Assembly: GCA_964397995.1 (NCBI GenBank)
Contig: CAYNLG010000010.1
Location: forward strand, 156 to 64,155
Length of the DNA stretch: 64,000 bases
Source of the DNA: an uncultured Anaerolineales bacterium
Lineage (GTDB): Bacteria > Planctomycetota > Phycisphaerae > FEN-1346
Reading direction: 5' to 3'
Below the pieces are notes generated by a model that was not told the DNA's origin, did no database searches, and was given only the letters and a program-made list of their open reading frames with translations. This document shows, piece after piece, positions 48,813-58,812 of the stretch. Numbering within the stretch: the stretch's first letter is position 1; each line of letters opens with the position of its first letter. Position numbers and translations under genes: made by a program.

Positions 48813-51618
48813 CGACACCCGCGCCACCGAGCCCGATGCCGCGCCCCTCGCCAAGACCTACGACCCGGCGGCCGTCGAGGACCGCATCTACGAGGCCTGG
48901 GAGCAGGGGGGGTACTTCCACCCCGCACCCGACGACCCGTCGCGGACCTTCACCATCGTCATCCCCCCGCCCAACGTCACCGATCGGCTCCACTTGGGCC
49001 ACGCCCTCAACAACACGCTCCAGGACATCCTCGTGCGGTGGCACCGGATGCGGGGCGAGACAGCCCTCTGGGTGCCCGGGACGGACCATGCGGGCATCGC
49101 CACCCAGGCCGTGGTCGAGCGCCGCCTCTTCGAGGAAGAGGGCAGGACCCGCCACGACGTCGGCCGCGACGCCCTCGTCGAGCGCATCTGGGCGTGGCGG
49201 CACCGGAGTGGGGACCTGATCCTCGAACAACTCCGCAAGATCGGCTGCTCCTGCGACTGGGAGCGCACCCGGTTTACCCTCGACCCGACGCTCGCGCGGG
49301 CGGTGCGGCACGTCTTCTTCCGCATGTTCAAGGGCGGTCTGATCTACCGCGGCAAGCGGCTCGTCAACTGGGACGTCCATCTTCAGACCGCCGTGGCCGA
49401 CGACGAGGTCTACCACGAGCAGGTCCAGGGCCACCTCTGGCACATCAAGTACCCCGTCGCGGGGGAGGAGGGCCGGTTCCTCAGCGTCGCCACCACGCGC
49501 CCCGAGACGATGCTCGGCGACACCGCCGTCGCCGTCCATCCGAAGGACGAGCGGTACGCCGACCTCGTCGGCAAGACCGTCATCCTGCCCCTGCTGGAGC
49601 GCGAAATCCCCGTCATCGCCGACGGGCTGCTTGTCGACCCCGAGTTCGGCTCCGGCTGCGTCAAGGTGACCCCCGCCCACGACCCGAACGACTACGAAAC
49701 GGGGCTGCGGCACGACCTCGCACAGATCAACATCCTGACGCCCGACGGGCGCATCAATGAGCAGGGCGGCCCGTACGAGGGCCTGGACCGCTTCGAGGCC
49801 CGCAGGCGGGTCGTGGCCGACCTGGAGGCGAAGGGGCTGCTGGATCGCGTCGAGGACTATACCACCGAGGTCGGCCACTCCGACCGGTCGAAGACCCCGG
49901 TCGAGCCGTATCTCTCCGACCAGTGGTTCGTGGCGATGGCCGACCTGGCGGAGCCGGCACTGGAGGCCGTCCGCGACGGCCGCGTCCGCTTCCACCCCGA
50001 CCGCTACGGCCGCACCTACCTCGACTGGCTCGGCCAGAAGCGCGACTGGTGCATCAGTCGCCAGCTCTGGTGGGGCCACCAGATTCCCATCTGGCACGCC
50101 GCCACGTGCACCGCGGCCGACCTGGAGGCGGCCTTCGGCGGCCGCGACGACGTCGCCTGGCGCGAGGATGAGATCCGCGGCGGGTTCCTCGTCTGCGCCC
50201 GCGAAGAGGACCTCGCCCCGGACGCCGTGCCCGGCCACGCCCTGGAGCAGGACCCGGACGTGCTGGACACGTGGTTCTCAAGCGCCCTCTGGCCCTTCTC
50301 GACCCTCGGGTGGCCCGAGCGGACGCCGGACCTGGAGGCCTTCTATCCGACCGACGTCCTCGTGACCGCCCGCGAGATCATCACCCTGTGGGTCGCCCGA
50401 ATGGTGATGATGGGCCTCTACAGCCTCGGCGAGGTCCCGTTCACCGACGTCTACATCCACGCCATGATCCAGGACGGCGAGGGCCGCCCGATGAAGAAGT
50501 CCCTCGGCAACGGCGTGGACCCGCTGGACGTGGTCCACACGCACGGGGCGGATGCCCTGCGGTTCACGCTTGCCTGGATGACCACCGAGACGCAGGACGT
50601 GCGGATGCCGGTCGAGACCGACACGGAGACCGGCCGCAACACCTCGCCGCGCTTCGACATGGGCCGCAACTTCTGCAACAAGCTCTGGAACGCCGCCCGG
50701 TTCGCCCTGATGAATCTGGAAGGCGCCGCCGAGGCGGAGTTCGATCCGGACGCCCTCCGCCTGGAGGACCGGTGGATCCTCGCGCGGACGGAGCGGACCC
50801 GCGAGGCCGTCGAGCGCGAACTCGGCGCGTTCCACTTCCAGCTCAGCCTGACCGCCCTCTACGACTTTTTCTGGCACGACCTCTGCGACTGGTACCTGGA
50901 GGCGGTGAAGCGGCGAATGGACGACCCGGCGGCGCGGCCGACGGCGCAGCGCGTGCTGGCGCTGGTGCTCGACCGGTCGCTCCGGATGCTCCACCCGTAC
51001 GTGCCGTACGTCACGGAGGCCGTGTGGGAAAGCGTGGCCGCGGCCGTCCCGGACCGGAGCCTTCCGGGGCTGGCCGAGGCGCCGGCGGCTGACCGGCTGA
51101 TTGCCGCACGCTGGCCCGCCCCCGCCCCCGCCATGGCCGATACCGAGGCCGAAGCCGCCTTCGAGCTTGTGAGCGAGGTGGTGCGCGGCGTGCGGAACGT
51201 CCGGAGCAAGATGAACATCCCGCCGGGGCAGGCCCTGACGGCCATCGTCCGCATCGGCCCCGAGCAGGCGGCCGTGTTGGAGGCGGCGGCCGACCTCGTC
51301 CGGCACCTCGCCGGCGTGGACACCCTCGAGGCCCGTCCCGAGGCCGCCAAGCCCGACCAGGCCGCCACCGAGGTCATCGCCGGCGCCGAGGTCTACGTCC
51401 CGCTGGCCGGCCTGATCGACCTGGACGCCGAGCGCGAGCGGCTCGGGAAGCGCATCGCGAAAGAGCGCCAGTTCCTCGCGGGCCTCGAGAAGAAGCTCTC
51501 GAACGAGGGCTTTACCAGCAAGGCCCCCGCCGAGGTCGTCGAGCGCGAACGCGCCCGCGCCGAGGAGACCCGCGAGACCCTCGCGGCCCTCGAGAAGAAC
51601 CTGGCCGACCTCGGGTAG
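48805..51618 (+). CDS. valS: valine--tRNA ligase
   Basis: PPPNVT..LHLGH, DWCISRQLWWGH, DTWFSSALWP, PMKKS and C-terminal coiled coil. Confidence 0.97.
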   Translation: MPDDTRATEPDAAPLAKTYDPAAVEDRIYEAWEQGGYFHPAPDDPSRTFTIVIPPPNVTDRLHLGHALNNTLQDILVRWHRMRGETALWVPGTDHAGIATQAVVERRLFEEEGRTRHDVGRDALVERIWAWRHRSGDLILEQLRKIGCSCDWERTRFTLDPTLARAVRHVFFRMFKGGLIYRGKRLVNWDVHLQTAVADDEVYHEQVQGHLWHIKYPVAGEEGRFLSVATTRPETMLGDTAVAVHPKDERYADLVGKTVILPLLEREIPVIADGLLVDPEFGSGCVKVTPAHDPNDYETGLRHDLAQINILTPDGRINEQGGPYEGLDRFEARRRVVADLEAKGLLDRVEDYTTEVGHSDRSKTPVEPYLSDQWFVAMADLAEPALEAVRDGRVRFHPDRYGRTYLDWLGQKRDWCISRQLWWGHQIPIWHAATCTAADLEAAFGGRDDVAWREDEIRGGFLVCAREEDLAPDAVPGHALEQDPDVLDTWFSSALWPFSTLGWPERTPDLEAFYPTDVLVTAREIITLWVARMVMMGLYSLGEVPFTDVYIHAMIQDGEGRPMKKSLGNGVDPLDVVHTHGADALRFTLAWMTTETQDVRMPVETDTETGRNTSPRFDMGRNFCNKLWNAARFALMNLEGAAEAEFDPDALRLEDRWILARTERTREAVERELGAFHFQLSLTALYDFFWHDLCDWYLEAVKRRMDDPAARPTAQRVLALVLDRSLRMLHPYVPYVTEAVWESVAAAVPDRSLPGLAEAPAADRLIAARWPAPAPAMADTEAEAAFELVSEVVRGVRNVRSKMNIPPGQALTAIVRIGPEQAAVLEAAADLVRHLAGVDTLEARPEAAKPDQAATEVIAGAEVYVPLAGLIDLDAERERLGKRIAKERQFLAGLEKKLSNEGFTSKAPAEVVERERARAEETRETLAALEKNLADLG

Positions 51619-51663
51619 CCGCGCGCCCTCGCCCGGCCCGAGCCCGCTTTGTACGCACGGGGT

Positions 51664-51692
51664 TTGCCCCGCGGCCGGCGGGCCGGTACAAT
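51664..51692 (+). promoter_or_regulatory. sigma70 promoter
   Basis: TTGCCC-17-TACAAT. Confidence 0.55.
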
Positions 51693-51722
51693 GCGCGTGG
51701 ACCGGGGCAAACGGGAGTCTCC

Positions 51723-52151
51723 ATGGAAGTCCGGTGCGAACTCGTCCGCATCATGATCACCGAGACGACCGACCACCAGGTGATCGTCCTGAAAGAGTCG
51801 GACGGCCCCCGGGCGTTCCCCATCCTGATCGGTTTCTTCGAGGCGGCCGCCATCGACCGCCGGCTCAAGCACAAGGTCCTGCCGCGCCCCATGACGCACG
51901 ACCTGCTGGCCGGCGTCATCACGGCGATGGGCGGGGAGCTCTCGCGGGTGGTCGTGACCGACCTGCGGGACCACACGTTCATCGCGGACCTCGTGATCCA
52001 ACGCGACGGCGAGGAGATATGCGTCGACGCCCGCACCAGCGACGCCGTCGCCTTGGCGGTGGCCAACGACACGCCCATCTACGTTGAGGAGCACGTCTTG
52101 GACATCGTGGCGGGGGAAGCACCGTCGCCCCCCCCCGAGGCCGAGTCCTGA
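51723..52151 (+). CDS. bifunctional nuclease (DUF151) family protein
   Basis: PILIG..EA, RPMTHDL and DARTSDAVALA. Confidence 0.9.
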   Translation: MEVRCELVRIMITETTDHQVIVLKESDGPRAFPILIGFFEAAAIDRRLKHKVLPRPMTHDLLAGVITAMGGELSRVVVTDLRDHTFIADLVIQRDGEEICVDARTSDAVALAVANDTPIYVEEHVLDIVAGEAPSPPPEAES

Positions 52152-52174
52152 TGCCCCGGAGGACCGGTTCCCGC

Positions 52175-53314
52175 ATGCGCCATCCCCTGCTGACCGCGCT
52201 CTCGCTCGCCGCGCTGCTTGCCGCCGCGCCGCCCGCCCGGGCCGCGCACCCCGAGGCCGACCGGACACTCGTCCTCGCCAATAGGACGGTGCCCGCCGGC
52301 GTCAAGGTCGCGCGGCACTACATGGCGGCGCGCGGCATTCCGGAGGAGAACCTGCTTCTCGTGACCGCCCCGGCGGCCGCCGAGATCGACCGCGACGTCT
52401 TCGAGGCGGCCATCCGCGAGCCGTTCCGGGCGTTCCTTGCCCGCTGGGAGGGCCGGCTGGAGGTCCGCCTGCCCGACGGTACCCTTGGCCTGGAGGTCGA
52501 GCGGCGGCGGGCCAAGTACCTTGTCCCCGTCTTCGGCGTGCCCATCAAGGTCAAGGGCTACGAGGACGTGGCCACCATGTACATGTCGCGCGCGGCCGCC
52601 GTCGATTCGGAACTTGCCCTCGCCCCGGGCCCGAACCACGACTTGGTCGGGCCGCTGCCGAACCCCTACTTCGGGGCGGACGCCCCCTTCGGCGCCCCCC
52701 TGGACGACCGGATGATCCTGGTGACGCGCCTGGACGGGCCGAGCGCGGCCATCGCGGCGCGGCTCGTGGACGACGCCGTCTGGGCCGAAGCGCACGGCCT
52801 CAAGGGCCGGGCCTACGTCGACACGCGGAGCATCACCGACCCCGGCTACGTCGTCGGCGACGCCTGGCTCCGCCACGCCGCCCGCATGCTCAGCCGCGCG
52901 GGGTTCCCGACGGAGGTGGACACGCGGCCGGAAGTGCTGCCCCTCGCGCACCCGATGCCCGACTGTGCGGTCTACCTCGGGTGGTACCATCACACGGCTG
53001 TGGGGCCGATGACGAAGCCCGATTTCCGCTTCGTCCGCGGGGCCATCGCCTATCACCTGCAGAGCTTCACGGGGGCGGCCATCCGCGACCCGAACAGCCA
53101 CTGGGTCGGCCCGCTCCTCGTCCACGGGGCCTGCGCGACCGCCGGGGCCGTCTACGAGCCGTTCCTCTCCGGCACGCCCAACGTGGACGTGCTCATCCAC
53201 CGGCTGCTGCGCGGCTACTCGTGGGGCGAGGCCACGCACATGGCCCAGTCGCAGCTCTCGTGGCAGATGTGCTTCATCGGCGACCCGCTCTACCGGCCGT
53301 TCGGCCGCAGGTAG
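52175..53314 (+). CDS. TIGR03790-like exported protein
   Basis: signal peptide, AAVDSEL, NPYF, VTRLDGP, YLGWY, VYEPFL and GDPLYRP. Confidence 0.8.
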   Translation: MRHPLLTALSLAALLAAAPPARAAHPEADRTLVLANRTVPAGVKVARHYMAARGIPEENLLLVTAPAAAEIDRDVFEAAIREPFRAFLARWEGRLEVRLPDGTLGLEVERRRAKYLVPVFGVPIKVKGYEDVATMYMSRAAAVDSELALAPGPNHDLVGPLPNPYFGADAPFGAPLDDRMILVTRLDGPSAAIAARLVDDAVWAEAHGLKGRAYVDTRSITDPGYVVGDAWLRHAARMLSRAGFPTEVDTRPEVLPLAHPMPDCAVYLGWYHHTAVGPMTKPDFRFVRGAIAYHLQSFTGAAIRDPNSHWVGPLLVHGACATAGAVYEPFLSGTPNVDVLIHRLLRGYSWGEATHMAQSQLSWQMCFIGDPLYRPFGRR

Positions 53315-53325
53315 CGGCGAGCCAC

Positions 53326-54366
53326 TCAGAACAGGTCGCCGCCCCCGGCCGCCCCGTCCTTCGACTTCGGCAGAGGCGCCCCGAGGTGGCTGAACGCCGC
53401 CGCCGTCGCCATCCGCCCTTGCCGCGTCCGGCCGATGAAGCCGATCTTCAGGAGGTAAGGCTCCACCATGTCGACCAGTGTGTCGACCTCTTCGTTCAGC
53501 GTGGCCGCCAGCGTCTCGATGCCCGCCGGGCCGCCCCCGTAAATCTCGATCAGCGTCTTCAGGAACGTCCGGTCGAGTTCGTCCAGACCGCGGTCGTCCA
53601 CCGCCTCCATCTTGAGGCCGTCGCGGGCGAGGTCGGCGGTCAGGCGCCCGTCGCCCCGGACTTGGGCGTAGTCCCGGACGCGCCGCATCAGGCGGATGCA
53701 GACGCGCGGCGTGCCGCGGCTTCGGCGGGCAACTTCCCCCAGGGCCTCGTCCTCGGCCTCCACCTCCAGCAGGTCCGCGCACCGCCGTGCGATCTTCAGC
53801 AGGTCCTCTTCCGGGTAGAACTCGAAGTGGTGGAAGATGCCGAACCGCTCGCGCAGCGGCGCCGACAGGAACCCCGCCCGCGTCGTCGCGCCGATGAGCG
53901 TGAACGGCGGCAGCGGCACGTTGATCGTCCGGGCGAACGACCCCCGGTCCACCGTGATGTCGATCCGGAACTCCTCCATCGCCGGGTAGATGAATTCCTC
54001 GACCACGGCCCCGAGGCGGTGGATTTCGTCGATGAACAGGACGTCGCCCGGCTGGAGGTTCGTCAGGATGCCCACCAGGTCCGCCGGCCGCGTCAGCGCC
54101 GGACCGCTCGTCGTCTTGATGCCCGCGCCCATCTCGGCCGCCACCACGTGGGCGAGCGTCGTCTTGCCCAGCCCCGGCGGGCCGTGAAAGAGCACGTGCT
54201 CCAGCGGCTCCTCGCGGCCCCGGGCCGCCTGGATGGCGATCGAGAGCTTTTCCAGCAGGGCCCCCTGGCCGATGACGTCGTCCAGGCGCTCCGGCCGGAG
54301 CGTCCACGAGAAGCCCTCTTCTTCCGGGCCGGCGCTTTCCGGGCTGACGATTCGCTCGCGGGCCAT
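53326..54366 (-). CDS. ruvB: Holliday junction branch migration helicase RuvB
   Basis: GPPGLGKTT, FIDEIHR and SRGTPR. Confidence 0.97.
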   Translation of the reverse strand: MARERIVSPESAGPEEEGFSWTLRPERLDDVIGQGALLEKLSIAIQAARGREEPLEHVLFHGPPGLGKTTLAHVVAAEMGAGIKTTSGPALTRPADLVGILTNLQPGDVLFIDEIHRLGAVVEEFIYPAMEEFRIDITVDRGSFARTINVPLPPFTLIGATTRAGFLSAPLRERFGIFHHFEFYPEEDLLKIARRCADLLEVEAEDEALGEVARRSRGTPRVCIRLMRRVRDYAQVRGDGRLTADLARDGLKMEAVDDRGLDELDRTFLKTLIEIYGGGPAGIETLAATLNEEVDTLVDMVEPYLLKIGFIGRTRQGRMATAAAFSHLGAPLPKSKDGAAGGGDLF

Positions 54367-54415
54367 CTCGGGCTGACTGCTCCTTCCCCGTGCCCGGGGT
54401 CCTGGTCGGTCCGGC

Positions 54416-55042
54416 TCATCCCTCGGCCGGGGTGGCTCCCTGGTGGAACGCCTCGCGGACGAGGGCCTCGACGGGGGCCTCGGCGCCCAGCCGCTGCAGG
54501 GCCGCGTCGACCCGCTCGCTCGCCTCCGGCCGCGCCAGGCCCAGCTGCACGAGCACGTCCACGGCCTCGCGTTTCGACTCCGGCTCCTCGGACCGCGCCG
54601 GGCCTTCGCCCGCCAAGGCGAACTCGTCCAGCTTGCCGCACAGTTCGGCGATGATCTTGTCGGCGGTGCGGCGGCCGAGGCCGGGCAGACCCGTCAGGGT
54701 CTTGGCGTCGCGGGCCTCGATGGCCTGGGCGATCCGCCCCACCGGCAGCGCCAGGCTCCGCAGGCCCTTCGCCACGCCGATGCCCTGGACGCTCACGTAC
54801 CGCTCGAAGAACCGCCGGTCCGTCTGGCTGAGGAAACCGACGAGGCGCGGCACCATCTGGCCGTAGGCCGGGTTGCCGTCGAGGTACTCCAGCGTGTGCA
54901 GCGTCACCTTCTGGCCCGGCCGGCCGCGCAACTCGTCCGCCGTGACCGGGGCGACGAGCACCTCGTACGCCACCGGCCCGGCCGCCACGACGACGCGGTC
55001 GTCGCGGACCTCGAGCAGGTCGCCGGTCACGCGGGCGATCAT
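54416..55042 (-). CDS. ruvA: Holliday junction branch migration protein RuvA
   Basis: MIARVTG, GIG and PGLGRRTA HhH motifs; context. Confidence 0.93.
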   Translation of the reverse strand: MIARVTGDLLEVRDDRVVVAAGPVAYEVLVAPVTADELRGRPGQKVTLHTLEYLDGNPAYGQMVPRLVGFLSQTDRRFFERYVSVQGIGVAKGLRSLALPVGRIAQAIEARDAKTLTGLPGLGRRTADKIIAELCGKLDEFALAGEGPARSEEPESKREAVDVLVQLGLARPEASERVDAALQRLGAEAPVEALVREAFHQGATPAEG

Positions 55043-55530
55043 CGCGTTACCCCCGCGCGTTGGGTGCGATGGGCGTGACAAAGAGCGACGGCCAGGGCGT
55101 CGGCTACGTCGGCCGGCTCTGGCAGGACCGCCAGGCCCAGCGTGCTCTGGATCGCCCGCTGCATCTGGAGTTTCGAGGCGTGCCCCGCACCGACAAGGCT
55201 CTTCTTGATGCGGGTCGCGTTGTAGCTGACCACCGGAACGCCCGCCTCGGCCATCGCCAGGAAGATGACGCCCCGCGCGTGGCCCATCAGGATGGCCGTC
55301 CGCGGGTGCTTGTAGTGGGCGTAGAGCTGCTCGACCGCGGCCGCGTCGGGGTGGAACTCGTCCAGGACCGACCGCAGGCCCTCGTGGAGTTCGGCGAGGC
55401 GCCGTTCGAGCGCGGCCGAGGCGTCGGTCCGGATGACGCCGGCCTCGACGGCGCGGGGCTCGCGCCCGGCGACGTCGACAAGGCCGTAGCCGGTCCGCTG
55501 GAGGCCGGGATCAATGCCGAGGATGCGCAC
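55039..55530 (-). CDS. ruvC: crossover junction endodeoxyribonuclease RuvC
   Basis: ILGIDPG, GHARG and DVADALAVALCH. Confidence 0.96.
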   Translation of the reverse strand: MRILGIDPGLQRTGYGLVDVAGREPRAVEAGVIRTDASAALERRLAELHEGLRSVLDEFHPDAAAVEQLYAHYKHPRTAILMGHARGVIFLAMAEAGVPVVSYNATRIKKSLVGAGHASKLQMQRAIQSTLGLAVLPEPADVADALAVALCHAHRTQRAGVTR

Positions 55531-55568
55531 ACGCTTCCTTCAAGACTGGATGCCAAGTTGAGATCTGC

Positions 55569-55850
55569 CTAGGCGACACGGAGCATCTCGCCTTCCTGAT
55601 TCAGATACGCGGTGAACGGGCCCTCCTCGTCCAGGTCTACCAAGTCTACGGGCCGATGCAGGACGCGGGACGCCTTGCCCATGGCCTCGAGGTAGCGCCC
55701 GGGCGGTAGCCCCGCGACGGCGATGTCCACGTCGGATTCGTCCCGCAGTTCGCCGAACGCCGCCGACCCGAAGACGTACACCTCCCGTGACCCGGCGGCC
55801 TTCATCGCTGCCGCGGCCCGTTCGTTCCGCTCTCTCAGGTCGTCGGTCAT
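55569..55850 (-). CDS. minimal nucleotidyltransferase (MNT) antitoxin, copy 2
   Basis: FGS-X10-DVD and VDLVDL; AGGAG SD. Confidence 0.88.
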   Translation of the reverse strand: MTDDLRERNERAAAAMKAAGSREVYVFGSAAFGELRDESDVDIAVAGLPPGRYLEAMGKASRVLHRPVDLVDLDEEGPFTAYLNQEGEMLRVA

Positions 55851-55881
55851 GGTTTGGTCTCCTGTGGCCGTCGGCTCGCGG

Positions 55882-56346
55882 TCAGCTCTGGCCTTCCACC
55901 CACGCAACGAACTCGGTCAGGTCCTCGCGGACGTGTCGCCACACTCCCTCGCAGTCCGCGACCAGATCGGCCATCTTCTCCCAGTGGAGTTCGTAGCCGT
56001 AGGCTTGCCGGAACACGTGCCGGAACCCCAGGTAGCTGCGCAGGTCTCGCCGTGTGCTTTCCGAGATAACCGCCGGTCGGGGCGGTACCGGCTTCGCCAT
56101 CGTGTCGAGCAAGTCCCGATGCCAAGCGGCTCCGCTTGGCAAACCGCCGTCGCACTCCCTGGCGATGCGCTTGAACACGTTCTCGATTCCCGTGTACAGC
56201 GAGTGCAGGAGAATGGCCAGCGATGACCGCACGCCTCGGTTGGGCGGCCCGGCAATGGCCTGTTGGATGTCCGTATGGTATTCCTCGAAGAGGCGCTCGA
56301 TCTGCTCCAGCTCGATCCGGATTTGGTTGGGCAGTTCAGGCGACAC
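55882..56346 (-). CDS. HEPN (HepT-like) toxin
   Basis: LHSLYTGIE, WHRDLL and FRHVFRQAY; overlaps the MNT stop. Confidence 0.85.
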   Translation of the reverse strand: MSPELPNQIRIELEQIERLFEEYHTDIQQAIAGPPNRGVRSSLAILLHSLYTGIENVFKRIARECDGGLPSGAAWHRDLLDTMAKPVPPRPAVISESTRRDLRSYLGFRHVFRQAYGYELHWEKMADLVADCEGVWRHVREDLTEFVAWVEGQS

Positions 56347-56617
56347 GAACGAGTTTCCCCTTTTCCTTCAGATACCGCGTGAACGGTGTGTCGTCGTCCA
56401 GGTCCACGAGGTCGAGCCGGCAGGGCAACTGGTCGGCGGCCTCGCCCATGGCGTAGAAGAAGCGCCGCGGCGGCAGGCCGCTCACGGCCAAGTCCACGTC
56501 GGATTCGTCCCGCAGTTCGCCGAACGCCGCCGACCCGAAGACGTACACCTCCCGTGCCCCGGCGGCCTTCAGCGCTGCCGCGGCCCGTTCGATCCGCTCT
56601 CTCAGGTTGTCGGTCAT
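56336..56617 (-). CDS. minimal nucleotidyltransferase (MNT) antitoxin, copy 1
   Basis: FGS-X10-DVD and LDLVDL. Confidence 0.88.
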   Translation of the reverse strand: MTDNLRERIERAAAALKAAGAREVYVFGSAAFGELRDESDVDLAVSGLPPRRFFYAMGEAADQLPCRLDLVDLDDDTPFTRYLKEKGKLVRVA

Positions 56618-56641
56618 CGTTTCGCTCCCGCGGCCCGCCGC

Positions 56642-58105
56642 CTACGCCAGCCGCCAAGTCGTCCCGTCCGGGCCGTCCTCCAGGGCGACGCCGGCCTCCT
56701 TCAGCCGGTCGCGGATGCGGTCGGCCCGGTCGAAATCCTTCGCCTGCCGCGCGGCCGCGCGCTCCTCGATAAGGAGCTCCAGCGCCGCGGCCAGCACGTC
56801 GCCGCCCGCGCCGCTGGCCTCGGCCTCCAGGTCCAGGCCGAGCACGTCGCCGCCCAGCGCCCGGAACGCCGAATCCAGCGCCTCGAGCGTCCCGCGGGCC
56901 GGTGTCCCGGCCTGGAGCAGCCGGTTGGCCTCCCGCGCGAGGTCAAAGAGGCGCGCCAGCGCCGTCGGCGTATTGAAGTCGTCGTCCATGGCCTCGTGGA
57001 AGCGGCCCGCGAGGTCGCCGACCGCCCGGGCCGCCGCCGGGTCGGCCTCGCCGGCCGGGGCCGAGGCCAGGGCCTGTCTGACCGCCTGGACCGCCCCGCT
57101 CAGGCGCTGCCAGCCGCTCCGGGCCGCGTCCACCGCGTCCTCCGAGAAGTCCGTCGGGCTGCGGTAATGCGTCTGCAGGATGAACAGGCGGAGCACCATC
57201 GGCTGCCACCGCTCGAAGGCGTCGGCCAGCGTGATGAAGTTCCCGAGGCTCTTGCCCATCTTCTGCCCGTTGATGGTCACCATGTTGTTGTGGAGCCAGT
57301 ACCGGCAGAAGGGCTTGCCGGTGGCGGCTTCGGCCTGGGCGATCTCGTCCTCGTGGTGCGGGAACTGGTTCTCCAGCCCGCCCCCGTGGATGTCGAGCGT
57401 CTCGCCGAGGTACTTCTGGCTCATCACGGTGCACTCGATGTGCCAGCCGGGGTAGCCCATACCCCACGGGCTGGGCCACTGCATGATGTGGCCGGGCTCG
57501 GCCTTCTTCCACAGGGCGAAGTCCGCCGGGTGCCGCTTCTCGGCGTTCGGCTCGACGCGGGCCCCCGCGAGCATCTCGTCCAGGCTCCGGCCCGAGAGCC
57601 GCCCGTACCCGTCCCAGCTCGCCACGTCGAAGTACACCGAGCCGCCCGCCTCGTAGGCGTGGCCCGCCTCCACCAGCCGCTTCACGTGGTCGATCTGCTC
57701 GATGACGTGGCCCGAGGCCCGCGGGCTGATGTCCGGCCGCAGCACGTTCAGCCGGTCCATGTCGGTGAAGTACGACCGGGTGTAGGCCTCGGCGACCTGC
57801 ATCGGATGGACGCGTTCGGCCTTGGCCTTTTTCTCGACCTTGTCCTCGCCCTGGTCGGCGTCGTCCGTCAGGTGCCCGACGTCGGTGATGTTCTGGACGT
57901 ACCGGACCGTGTACCCCAGGTGCCGCAGGTACCGGACGATGACGTCGAACGAGACGTAGCTCTTGGCGTGGCCGAGGTGGGCGTCGCCGTAGACGGTCGG
58001 CCCGCAGACGTACATCCCGACGAAGGGCGGGGCGATGGGCTCGAACCGCTCACTGGCGCGGCGGAGGGTGTTGTAGACGTGCAGGTTGTGGTTCGTCACG
58101 GTCAC
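56642..58105 (-). CDS. cysS: cysteine--tRNA ligase
   Basis: [24 protein letters not shown] and KMGKS. Confidence 0.97.
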   Translation of the reverse strand: MTVTNHNLHVYNTLRRASERFEPIAPPFVGMYVCGPTVYGDAHLGHAKSYVSFDVIVRYLRHLGYTVRYVQNITDVGHLTDDADQGEDKVEKKAKAERVHPMQVAEAYTRSYFTDMDRLNVLRPDISPRASGHVIEQIDHVKRLVEAGHAYEAGGSVYFDVASWDGYGRLSGRSLDEMLAGARVEPNAEKRHPADFALWKKAEPGHIMQWPSPWGMGYPGWHIECTVMSQKYLGETLDIHGGGLENQFPHHEDEIAQAEAATGKPFCRYWLHNNMVTINGQKMGKSLGNFITLADAFERWQPMVLRLFILQTHYRSPTDFSEDAVDAARSGWQRLSGAVQAVRQALASAPAGEADPAAARAVGDLAGRFHEAMDDDFNTPTALARLFDLAREANRLLQAGTPARGTLEALDSAFRALGGDVLGLDLEAEASGAGGDVLAAALELLIEERAAARQAKDFDRADRIRDRLKEAGVALEDGPDGTTWRLA

Positions 58106-58166
58106 GGCTGCTCTCCATCGGCTGCGGCCCGCGCGTCTGGTCCGGGCCTCGCGGATCGTCACCCGG

Positions 58167-58667
58167 TCAGCGGCCCTCGTCGGCCCCGGCACGCGCCATC
58201 AGCATGACGGCCTGGGCGGCCACGGCCCGGCCTGCGCCGACCGGCCCGAGGCCCTCGAGCGTCCGGGCCTTCAGGCCCACGGCATCCACCGCCACGCCCA
58301 GCAACTCCGCCAGGCGCGTCCGCATGGCCGCCTTGTGCGGCCCGAGCTTCGGCCGCTCCAGGATCACGTTCACGTCCACGTTCACCGGCCGCCATCCCGC
58401 CTCGGCCGCCATCGCCAGGACGCGGCCCAAAATGTCGGCGCTGGAGGCGTCCTTCCACGCGGGATCCGTGTCGGGGAAGTGCTCGCCCAGGTCGCCCAGA
58501 CCGGCCGCCCCCAGCACGGCGTCGGCCACGGCATGCAGGGCGGCGTCGCCGTCGGAATGGGCCTCCGGCCCGATCTCCGCGGGCACCGCGACGCCCGCCA
58601 GGACCAGGCGTCGGCCGGGCGCCAGGCGGTGGACGTCGAAGCCCAATCCCACTCGCTGGTCCGCCAT
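58167..58667 (-). CDS. ispF: 2-C-methyl-D-erythritol 2,4-cyclodiphosphate synthase
   Basis: GFDVH, HSDGD and GDLGEHFP. Confidence 0.96.
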   Translation of the reverse strand: MADQRVGLGFDVHRLAPGRRLVLAGVAVPAEIGPEAHSDGDAALHAVADAVLGAAGLGDLGEHFPDTDPAWKDASSADILGRVLAMAAEAGWRPVNVDVNVILERPKLGPHKAAMRTRLAELLGVAVDAVGLKARTLEGLGPVGAGRAVAAQAVMLMARAGADEGR

Positions 58668-58812
58668 GACCGGTGCCGGCGCCTCCTCCTCGGGCCGCGT
58701 GTGCCCGCAGTCTACCGGCCCCGGGCGGCCGCCGCAACGGCAAAGGAAGGGCCGCGCCGGGTGCTCCCCCCTGAGCACCTGCGGCGCGGCCCTTGGTGGC
58801 GATGGCGTCGGC

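Larger units (their letters stand above)
55725..56617. repeat. 126-bp direct repeat (55725-55850 and 56492-56617)
   Basis: 5' halves of the two MNT genes; 4 mismatches by manual alignment. Confidence 0.9.
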
